From an uncultured Chloroflexota bacterium (GTDB lineage Bacteria; Chloroflexota; Limnocylindria; Limnocylindrales; Limnocylindraceae), in contig CAIPEX010000025.1 of NCBI GenBank assembly GCA_903864185.1, forward strand, positions 1 through 57,741: 57,741 nt of DNA, in the 5' to 3' direction. The translations under genes and the position numbers were made by a program. Each line of letters opens with the position of its first letter. Position 1 is the stretch's first letter. Below are positions 19,300 through 27,093 of the stretch, piece after piece. The notes beneath the pieces were generated by a model, which made no database searches, had not been told where the DNA came from, and saw nothing but the letters and a program-made list of their open reading frames with translations.

Positions 19300-19335
19300 C
19301 GCAGAGCGCGCACGAAGAGAGATTCAAGCGGGGGT

Positions 19336-19410
19336 TGGTTGCGGGGGATGGATTCGAACCACCGACCTTCGGGTTATGAGCCCGACGAGCTGCCACTGCT
19401 CCACCCCGCC
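19336..19410 (-). tRNA. tRNA-fMet (CAT)
   Basis: Cloverleaf; anticodon arm TCGGG-CTCATAA-CCCGA with 3 G:C pairs; unpaired 1:72; CCA encoded. Confidence 0.93.
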
Positions 19411-19455
19411 CGTGCAGTATCAGGGCTGTGGCAGGCTTCGTCAAACCACGAGGGC

Positions 19456-19941
19456 TTATCGCTCGCTGATGTGCTGATGAAGATACGCGGCGAGTGGAAG
19501 GCGAGCACCAAAACCTTCGCCAAACGCGTGAGCGAACGCAACCTCGTCACCATCTGACTCTTGCCAGCAGAAGAGGAATGGCCGCCCATCGGCTACAGCG
19601 GGGAAATCAATCAACCCACGTTCGATATCGCGCAACTCCACACCACGAACAGAGACGCGATCGACGCTCGCCTGCATCTGATCGACAAGCGCCTTGATTC
19701 GCAACTCCACCATTGAGCTCGTGGTGAGCGCATCATGGAGTGACGCATCGGCGTCGGTGAACTGCAATTGATTTTGATCGGTGCCCCCAGGGAGCGCGCC
19801 GGTGCGCTCGAGGCGGCGGAGTCGCAGCAAATCCCCCTTCATCTGCTCGAGTGCCGAGCGCTGAGCACGGAGGAGGGCGATCAGAGGGCGCAACTCAACG
19901 AGCGCGCTCGTGGCAGCCTCGACCGACCAGATACGTTGCAT
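19456..19941 (-). CDS. DUF2203-family protein
   Basis: GVELRDIERGLIDFPA...F.FCW...E..H.F.EGF..R.PL. Confidence 0.8.
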   Translation of the reverse strand: MQRIWSVEAATSALVELRPLIALLRAQRSALEQMKGDLLRLRRLERTGALPGGTDQNQLQFTDADASLHDALTTSSMVELRIKALVDQMQASVDRVSVRGVELRDIERGLIDFPAVADGRPFLFCWQESDGDEVAFAHAFGEGFGARLPLAAYLHQHISER

Positions 19942-20029
19942 ACGGTGATTCTCCCACGGGAGGCGCCTCGTTTCTAGGTCGCACGGCCACACACAGCGCA
20001 CCGCATGCTCGCCGTGGGAGAATCGTCGC

Positions 20030-20104
20030 GGGCCGGTAGCTCAGTGGTAGAGCAGGGGTCTTTTAAACCCTTGGTCGCGGGTTCGAACCCCGCCCGGCTC
20101 ACCA
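20030..20104 (+). tRNA. tRNA-Lys (TTT)
   Basis: GGGCCGG...loop CTTTTAA...GGTTCGAACCC...CCGGCTCACCA. Confidence 0.95.
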
Positions 20105-20200
20105 AGACGCTCACCGTTGTCTCGAGCGTGCAGGGCCGCGCGGTGCGACAGGGTGAGGGAGAGGCGCGGGAGTGCGCCGGCGATTGGTGCGCTAGTAACT

Positions 20201-21703
20201 CTACGGATCCTTTCGTCCAAGTTTCGCGCGCAGCCAGGCGGCGGCACGCTCACGCTGGGCATAGACGACGGCCGCAGCAAGGAGGAGGACGAAGTTCAGC
20301 GTCCATGCACCTGCTGCCGACAGATAGCCAAGCTGCTGGCCAACTTCACCCTGAATCGCAAGGCCCGGCACGGTGAGCCCGAAGAGTCCGAGTCGGAATA
20401 CCGGTGCCTTGGGTGATGTGCCTGCAATGAGTGTGCTGTTTGCAGTCGCGAGCGCGCTGGGGGTTGTGCCACCAATGAGTACGGCGTGTCCGCCAAGCAC
20501 GATGCCGTGTGCGCCGATGCGCGCGTTGTCGACGGGCAGATCATCTTGTGCGATCGTCGCCCACTCGCCAGTGAGTCCAGCGGCTGTTGGTGCGATCCAG
20601 TAGGTGCTCGTGACAGCCGAACCATCTGCTGCAACTCCACCAGCAACGTAGAGCGTGCCGTTCGCCGACCAGAGCGCTGCGCCCACGCGCGGCGAAGGGA
20701 GGAGCGCACCTTCTGCCGTCCATCGATAGATCTCGCCAATCGGTGTCTCGCCTTGCGCAGGATCTGGGGTTGCGGCTGGTGCGCCGTGGCCAGTTGCTGG
20801 ACTGTGTGCAACGGCAAGATCGCCGCGAAGTACCACGTTTGTCGCAACTGCTGCCTCTGCCTCACTGCCGCCCCACACATAGAGTGCATCGCCGACAAGT
20901 GCGGCCGCTGCGTCGGCACGTGCGGCTGGGAGTTCCATCAGTGGGACCCATGCCGCAAGGTCACCGCTCGACTGCAGGGCTGCCTTCCAGACGCTCGTTT
21001 GCGCAACGCCATTGGCGTCTCGGCCGCCGATAAGGATGAGTCCGTCACTGACCGCAACGAGTGCTGCGCCAGAGCGCGCGCTCGGGAGATCCAGCATGGT
21101 CGAAGGTGTCCAGGTGGCAATGAGGCCCGTGGTTGCATCTGGCGTGCCGACATAGACACTCGTCGTTGCCTTCACGTCTAGTGTCGCTCCGCCAACGACA
21201 TACGCCTTCCCGGCGAAGAAGGCTGCGGCAACATCGGTTCGCGGTGCCGGAAGTGGTGCACCGGCGCTCCATGTGCTGAGTCCGTCGGGGCCAACTTCGG
21301 CAACGGCGGTTCCCGTCGTGCCGCCACCGCCGCCCAGGTAGTAGAGATGCGCACCAGCTTGGACAAGCCCGCCGCCGACTCCGCCACCAGGGAGATCCGT
21401 GGTCGTGCCGCTCTTCCACGGGAGGAGCGCGCCGTTTGGCGCAGGGCACGGGAGCCCCTCATTCTCTGCTGGGCAGATGTTCACGAGCGAGAGACCGTTG
21501 AGGCCGAGCTCAACGGTTGGCGAGACGGTGAGGTAGTAGGCGCGGTCCGGGATGTAGCCAAGCATCATGATGATGACAAGCGTCCAGAGGATTGCGCGTA
21601 CGCCAGCCCATCCCCAGCCCGATGCATCGAGCAGGCCGAAGAGCACACGCTTCGGTGGCACGTTGCCACTCTCGAGCGCGCGTGGGGCGTTCGTTGTATT
21701 CAT
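20201..21703 (-). CDS. Membrane-anchored Kelch beta-propeller protein
   Basis: Repeated LYxxGG...W....LP.PR Kelch motifs between N- and C-terminal TM helices. Confidence 0.8.
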   Translation of the reverse strand: MNTTNAPRALESGNVPPKRVLFGLLDASGWGWAGVRAILWTLVIIMMLGYIPDRAYYLTVSPTVELGLNGLSLVNICPAENEGLPCPAPNGALLPWKSGTTTDLPGGGVGGGLVQAGAHLYYLGGGGGTTGTAVAEVGPDGLSTWSAGAPLPAPRTDVAAAFFAGKAYVVGGATLDVKATTSVYVGTPDATTGLIATWTPSTMLDLPSARSGAALVAVSDGLILIGGRDANGVAQTSVWKAALQSSGDLAAWVPLMELPAARADAAAALVGDALYVWGGSEAEAAVATNVVLRGDLAVAHSPATGHGAPAATPDPAQGETPIGEIYRWTAEGALLPSPRVGAALWSANGTLYVAGGVAADGSAVTSTYWIAPTAAGLTGEWATIAQDDLPVDNARIGAHGIVLGGHAVLIGGTTPSALATANSTLIAGTSPKAPVFRLGLFGLTVPGLAIQGEVGQQLGYLSAAGAWTLNFVLLLAAAVVYAQRERAAAWLRAKLGRKDP

Positions 21704-22707
21704 CACTTCGCCGTCAACGTTCCGACCATGTTCGGATGCACCGTGCAGACGAAGGCGTAGGTGCCCTTTGCGAGCGCAGGGATCGTGTAGGTCTGCTGCG
21801 CAATACCAGGGAAGATCGCCCCCCGGAACACCTCTGCACCAGTGGCGCTCCCTGTGTGAATCGCGACGTTATGCGGAATGCCCAGATCCTGGTTGTCAAA
21901 CGCGATCGCAAACGGAACGCCAGCGGTCACCGTGAGGCTCATCGTGGTGTACTGCACGCCCTGCGCAACGATGCTGTAGGTCTTGCCGGGTGCAACAGAG
22001 GGGCCGCCCGTTGGGGCTGGCGTTGGCGATGCAGCAAATGCATCGCTCCAGCAATCAGGAACTGGCGTTGCATCGGCTGCTGGAACATATGCTGCGTCGC
22101 GCCAGCCCGTTACCTGAACCCTCGCTCCCGTTGCAGGATCGGTCACGGTGATCGTGTCAGTGTTCGTTGAGCGGATCCAGGCAATCAACTCTTCAATCTC
22201 GCGATAGTTGAGCGGTCCACCATTCGTGTCAGACCAGACACCCATGAGTGAATTTGCATTGCCGCACACGTACCGGCCGCCGACGGTCAGCACATTCTTG
22301 AGGTATGCCGGGGTTAGATGCGAGAGCAGCTTCCCTTGATCGTTTAGCACTGGCCCAATGCCACCCTGCCCCTGTGCGCCGTGACAGCGCGCGCAGTTTG
22401 CCTGGAAGAGGTTGTAGCCACGTGTCACCGTTTCGAGGTACTGCTCCTCTTTCGCGGCATCAAGGCGCGCAGAGCCAGTGACACCTGGGAGTCCCTGGTC
22501 GTAGAAGGTATACACGATGACAAAAAGCGTGACGATGGCGATGCCGAGCAGTGCTGCGGCGCGCGAGGAGCCGCTCTGCTTGACAATCTTTGCCGCTCGC
22601 TCAGCATCGAGCCCGTGCGTATGAATTGGTGCAGGGCTTGAGAGGCGTGGCACTGGCGTGCTCGCCTTCTCTACTGGAACAGGGAGCTGCTTCTGCTCGT
22701 CGCTCAT
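21703..22707 (-). CDS. Membrane-anchored monoheme cytochrome c fused to a cupredoxin
   Basis: TM helix, CARCH, candidate Met ligand (SLMGVW), PT linker, PHN ... CTVHPNM. Confidence 0.85.
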   Translation of the reverse strand: MSDEQKQLPVPVEKASTPVPRLSSPAPIHTHGLDAERAAKIVKQSGSSRAAALLGIAIVTLFVIVYTFYDQGLPGVTGSARLDAAKEEQYLETVTRGYNLFQANCARCHGAQGQGGIGPVLNDQGKLLSHLTPAYLKNVLTVGGRYVCGNANSLMGVWSDTNGGPLNYREIEELIAWIRSTNTDTITVTDPATGARVQVTGWRDAAYVPAADATPVPDCWSDAFAASPTPAPTGGPSVAPGKTYSIVAQGVQYTTMSLTVTAGVPFAIAFDNQDLGIPHNVAIHTGSATGAEVFRGAIFPGIAQQTYTIPALAKGTYAFVCTVHPNMVGTLTAK

Positions 22708-23375
22708 TAGATGCACCCCGTTGCGGCGCGTGGCGCTTCGATCCCTGGCTGCCCGAGCGCTACGGGCATGCCGCCAAGGTTGATCTTCCCCGTGTCGAGG
22801 GTGAGCACGCCGTCGGCGTCAACGCTCAAGGAGAAGCGGTCCATGCCGCGCGGCGCTGGGCCGAGTCCGTCTGCCTTCGTGCCGAGTCGGTCGTAGCGAC
22901 TGCCATGGCAGGCGCACTCAAGCCAGTAGGTCTTGATGCAGGGGTTTGGCTTGCAGCCAAGATGTGGGCAGCGTTGATAGAGGGCGCGAACGTTGAGCGC
23001 ACTCCCCTCGCCTGTTGGGTCGTCACCGGCGATGAACTCCTTCCGGCTCGGATCAACGAGCATGATGAAGGCGCGGGCGTCTTGTACATACGCGGGGTAG
23101 CCCTGGTCAATTGGAAGTCCCACGTTGGCGTTGATCAGTGACTGCAGCGTGCCGACGCGCACCTTGCCACCAAATCCCCCTTCGAGATTTGGCCAGAGGA
23201 AGCCGAGTGTGCCCGCAGTGACCTCGAGGAGCCAGAGACCGAAACCGGCGCCAATCGTGGTGCGCAAGAGTCGACGGCGCGAGATGCCCTGAACCTCTTC
23301 ATGGCGCAGCGCCTTGATGGTCTCGCCGGTCAAGGCCTGTGGCTTGTCGGCTGGCTCAACTTGATAGTGGCTCAT
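22707..23375 (-). CDS. Rieske [2Fe-2S] protein
   Basis: Tat-like SRRRLL plus TM helix, CPHLGC, CACHGSRY. Confidence 0.92.
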   Translation of the reverse strand: MSHYQVEPADKPQALTGETIKALRHEEVQGISRRRLLRTTIGAGFGLWLLEVTAGTLGFLWPNLEGGFGGKVRVGTLQSLINANVGLPIDQGYPAYVQDARAFIMLVDPSRKEFIAGDDPTGEGSALNVRALYQRCPHLGCKPNPCIKTYWLECACHGSRYDRLGTKADGLGPAPRGMDRFSLSVDADGVLTLDTGKINLGGMPVALGQPGIEAPRAATGCI

Positions 23376-23959
23376 AGGCTGAAGAAGAATCCGGTTGACC
23401 AGGGGAGGATGAACGAGTAGCCCGGCCCGCGGAAGAAGATTCCGATGAAGGTGACGGTGAGGCCGAGTGCCCAAAGGAGCGAGAAGAGCATCACCTCAAG
23501 CTTCCGATCCGACGGGCGCGTGCTGCGAATGTTGCGACGGTCAAGATACGGAATGAGCGCAGAGCCAACGAGCACGCCGATCGGCGTGAGCGCACCGGCA
23601 ACGGTCGGGTGGAAATAGGCGAGGAGCTCTTGGAGTCCGAGGAAATACCACGGCGCCTTTGCAACGGCGGGGGTGACGTTCGGGTTCGCAAGCTCTTCGA
23701 GTGGTGCATTGATGAAGAGTCCGAGCATGAGCAAGAAGATGCTCATGGCCACGGCGGCCAAGAACTCAATCGTTAGGAGGTGGGGCCAGGTCATCACCGT
23801 GTCGTCTGGCTCTTTTTGTACGCGCACGACGGCGTCTTGCTTTACCAGCGCCAAGAGGCGGTAGGGGCGCGCTGCCATCGGCACGCGCTGCTTATCAATC
23901 TCCGTCTGGCGCGACGGATCGACTGGCAGCGAGCTTGCGGGGCGCTGCTCGTCACTCAC
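23372..23959 (-). CDS. Cytochrome b6 subunit IV-like protein (PetD/QcrC-like)
   Basis: WPHLL..E, ANP..TP...KAPWYF, LIPYLDR; 3 TM segments. Confidence 0.85.
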   Translation of the reverse strand: MSDEQRPASSLPVDPSRQTEIDKQRVPMAARPYRLLALVKQDAVVRVQKEPDDTVMTWPHLLTIEFLAAVAMSIFLLMLGLFINAPLEELANPNVTPAVAKAPWYFLGLQELLAYFHPTVAGALTPIGVLVGSALIPYLDRRNIRSTRPSDRKLEVMLFSLLWALGLTVTFIGIFFRGPGYSFILPWSTGFFFSL

Positions 23960-23965
23960 GGCAGA

Positions 23966-24694
23966 TCACAGCGGTCCGCTGATTCCGCCGTCCTTGCGGA
24001 TCCGCCAGAAGTGGACCGCGAGGAAGACGGCCGCGAGGAGCGGCAGCACCATCACATGGAGCACATAGAAGCGAAGGAGCGTGTTCTGTCCCACCTCGAG
24101 GCCGCCGAGGAGGAGGAGCTTCGATGGCGTATTGAAGAGCGGCGCATAGCCGGCCATGTTCGATCCGATCGTGATCGCCCAGTAGGCGATCTGATCCCAT
24201 GGGAGCAGGTAGCCGGTGAAGCTGAGCATCATCGTCAAGAAGAGGAGGAGGACGCCGACCACCCAGTTGAATTCGCGTGGCGGCTTGTATGCGCCGTGAT
24301 AGAAGACGCGCATCATGTGAAGGAAGACGAAGAACACCATGAGGTGCGCGCCCCAGCGATGGATGTTGCGCGTGATCTGCCCGAATGGGACGAGCGTCTG
24401 GATGCGAATGATGTCGCTATACGCCTGCGTTGCAGAGGGGGCGTAGAAGAACATCAGGTAGACGCCGGTCACGGTAAGGACGAGGAAGAGGAAGAAGGAG
24501 AGCCCGCCGAGACAGAAGGTGTAGGCGAACTTCACGGCGTGCTGGCGTACACGCACTGGGTGAAGGTGGAGGAAGACGTTGTTCATCACCGCATAGGCAC
24601 GGCTCCGCTCGTCGCTCGGGTAGGCATTGCGGAAAATGGAGCGCCAAGCTGACGACCGTCGAACTGCCTGATCGACTCGCGCTAGAAGGCTCAT
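23966..24694 (-). CDS. Cytochrome b6-type split cytochrome b (PetB/QcrB-like)
   Basis: [27 protein letters not shown], helix-D His pair separated by 14 residues. Confidence 0.92.
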   Translation of the reverse strand: MSLLARVDQAVRRSSAWRSIFRNAYPSDERSRAYAVMNNVFLHLHPVRVRQHAVKFAYTFCLGGLSFFLFLVLTVTGVYLMFFYAPSATQAYSDIIRIQTLVPFGQITRNIHRWGAHLMVFFVFLHMMRVFYHGAYKPPREFNWVVGVLLLFLTMMLSFTGYLLPWDQIAYWAITIGSNMAGYAPLFNTPSKLLLLGGLEVGQNTLLRFYVLHVMVLPLLAAVFLAVHFWRIRKDGGISGPL

Positions 24695-26529
24695 TGCGCT
24701 CCTCCCCCTGTGCCGGCAACCCCTGCGAGCTGCCCATCTCGGTATGACTCCTTATAGAGGCGACCATCCGAGCTGATCTCCTGCATCTCGAACCTCTCCA
24801 TCGTAATGGCGTCGAACGGACAGCGCTTGACGCAGAGGGCGCAGCGGATGCAGCGCTCCTCGTCGAGGATCATGGCCGCGCCGTTCTCCCAGCCATACGC
24901 CTCGCTGAGCACGGGGAGCTGCCCCTCGGCCTTCAGCTGGTTGATATCCACCATATGGATGACCCCCTCGGGGCAGACATCGGCGCAGGCGCCGCACAAG
25001 ACGCAGCGCATCGGATCGAACCAGATGTTGTAGTTGCACATGAGGCAGCGGGTGCTCTCGGCGACCGCCTGCTGCGCCCCGTAACCAAGCTCCACCTGGG
25101 TGGTGAAGTTCACCGTTGGGTCGGCAGAGGGGAGGCGCGCTGCAAGCGGGAGCACGGGGATGTGCTGGCGCGGGATGGTGTCGTAGAACTCAGGCATGTC
25201 GTGGCGCCACGAACTCGTGACGCGCACATTCGCATCGACCGTCACCGTTGCCTGGCCCGCAAGGTAGCGATCGATTGCATAGGCGCACTTCTTCGCGTGA
25301 CCGGCCGCCTCGATCATCGTCGCTGGCCCAGTGACAAAATCGCCACACGCCCACACGCCACGGATGTTGGTGGCGTAGGTTGCCGGGTCAACCTTCACGC
25401 GACCGCGTGCAACTTCGAAGCTGCTCTGCACGGGAAGGAAGCCGAGGTCGGCCGCCTGCGAAACCGCCGGGATCACCGTGTCAGCAGGGATGATGAATTC
25501 TGATCCTTCAATCGGCACGGGGCTACGTCGGCCGGAGGCGTCGGGTTCGCCGAGGCGATTCTTAATCATGCGCACCCCGGTGATGTGGCCGTTCTCACCG
25601 ACCAGCTCGAGTGGCGAGACAAGGAAGTCCATGCGCACGCCCTCGCGCTCGGTCTCGCCCAACTCCTCTTCGTCGACAACGAGTTCGGCACGGGTGCGGC
25701 GATATGCAATCGTGACGCGCTCGGCACCGTGTCGGAGCGAGGTGCGCGAGCAGTCCATCGCCGTGTAGCCACCACCGATGACGACGACATCCTTACCCAC
25801 GCTGATCGGCTTTCCGAGGTTTGCATCTTTCATGAAATCAACGCCGTAGACGAGGCCGTCGAGGTCGGCGCCAGGGATGTCGAGGGCGACCGCGTTCATC
25901 GCACCAGCACAGATCGCAATCGCGTCGTAGTCGGCCTGCACCTGCTCAAAGCTCAGCTCGCGGCCGATCTCGGTGTTGTAGACAAACTTCACGCCGAGCC
26001 GCTCAATCAGCCGCACGTCGGTCTCGATCGCCTCGCGAGGGAGGCGGAATGCCGGCACGCCAATGAGCATCGTGCCGCCGCCGTACGGGAGGCTGTCATA
26101 CACGGTGACCTGGTAGCCCTTTACTGCAAGCTCGCGCGCCACAGAGAGGCCGGCGGGGCCGGCGCCGATCACGGCAACGCGCTCGGCGCGCGGCGAGATC
26201 GCTGGAGCGACATCGGGGATCCCCGATGCTGCGTGCCACTCGACGAGGAAGCGCTTCATCGCCCGGATCGCGAGTGGCCGATCAATATCGCCACGGCGGC
26301 AGGCCCGCTCGCACGGTGCCGAGCAGACGTAGGAGCACATTGCAGCGATGGGGTTTGGCTCGCGGGAGAGGATGTAGCCCTCTTCGAAGCGTCCTTCGGC
26401 GGCGAGGTTGAGGTAGCCGCGGCAGTTGGTGCCGACGGGACAGGCCTCCTGGCACTCAATGTTGCACTGCAACCATGAGGCGTCTACCGGCTGGACGAGG
26501 AAGTCCTGGTTCGCGAGAGTCACATTCAA
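24691..26529 (-). CDS. NAD(P)H-dependent flavo-iron-sulfur oxidoreductase (GltD/NfnB/DsrL-like) with C-terminal 2[4Fe-4S] domain
   Basis: [65 protein letters not shown]. Confidence 0.9.
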   Translation of the reverse strand: MNVTLANQDFLVQPVDASWLQCNIECQEACPVGTNCRGYLNLAAEGRFEEGYILSREPNPIAAMCSYVCSAPCERACRRGDIDRPLAIRAMKRFLVEWHAASGIPDVAPAISPRAERVAVIGAGPAGLSVARELAVKGYQVTVYDSLPYGGGTMLIGVPAFRLPREAIETDVRLIERLGVKFVYNTEIGRELSFEQVQADYDAIAICAGAMNAVALDIPGADLDGLVYGVDFMKDANLGKPISVGKDVVVIGGGYTAMDCSRTSLRHGAERVTIAYRRTRAELVVDEEELGETEREGVRMDFLVSPLELVGENGHITGVRMIKNRLGEPDASGRRSPVPIEGSEFIIPADTVIPAVSQAADLGFLPVQSSFEVARGRVKVDPATYATNIRGVWACGDFVTGPATMIEAAGHAKKCAYAIDRYLAGQATVTVDANVRVTSSWRHDMPEFYDTIPRQHIPVLPLAARLPSADPTVNFTTQVELGYGAQQAVAESTRCLMCNYNIWFDPMRCVLCGACADVCPEGVIHMVDINQLKAEGQLPVLSEAYGWENGAAMILDEERCIRCALCVKRCPFDAITMERFEMQEISSDGRLYKESYRDGQLAGVAGTGGGAQ

Positions 26530-26610
26530 CCTTTCCTTGGGTCGCGCGACGGGGTTACTCCTCCGTGATCGTATCAGGGAGCCCTAAGCGCCGTGCTCAG
26601 CGAGGAACTG

Positions 26611-27093
26611 TTACGAACGTGCGGTGATCTCGGCGAGGACCTCAGCGGCATGCCCGGTTGGGGTGACCTTTGGCCAGACCCGCGCCACGGATCCATCGGG
26701 GGCAATGAGCAGGGTGATGCGGTGCACCGCGTGGAAAGTCTTCCCGAGCATCTCCCTCTCCCCCCAGGCGCCATACGCCTCGGCCACCGCGTGGTCGGGG
26801 TCGGAAAGGATTGGAAAGTTCAGTGAAAACTTCTCCCGGAATGCTGCCTTGCTCGCCTGGTCATCGGGACTCACGCCCCAGACCACGGCACCCGCTCGCT
26901 GCAACTCCGCGTCAGCATCACGAAACTCACACGCCTCGATCGTGCAGCCAGGCGTGTCGTCTTTCGGATAGAAGTAGAGGACGAGCCAGCTCCCCGCAGC
27001 ATCGGCACGCTTCCGCTCAATGCCGTCGGCGTCGCGCAGCGTGAAGTCGGGGGCGGGTGTCCCTACCGATGGATGGTCGCCCAGTTCGCTCAT
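26611..27093 (-). CDS. bcp: Peroxiredoxin BCP/PrxQ
   Basis: YFYPKDDTPGCTIEAC. Confidence 0.92.
   Translation of the reverse strand: MSELGDHPSVGTPAPDFTLRDADGIERKRADAAGSWLVLYFYPKDDTPGCTIEACEFRDADAELQRAGAVVWGVSPDDQASKAAFREKFSLNFPILSDPDHAVAEAYGAWGEREMLGKTFHAVHRITLLIAPDGSVARVWPKVTPTGHAAEVLAEITARS

Noticed and set aside
20005-20376. ORFs spanning tRNA genes (also 19202-19444 and 56811-57167)
   Set aside because: They overlap clear tRNA cloverleafs and are spurious
21703-24694. Photosynthetic b6f complex
   Set aside because: No cytochrome f or photosystem genes; split cytochrome b with heme ci also occurs in non-phototrophs
24691-26529. Calling this gene gltD or dsrL
   Set aside because: No gltB or dsr genes are in the window, and it is translationally coupled to cytochrome b
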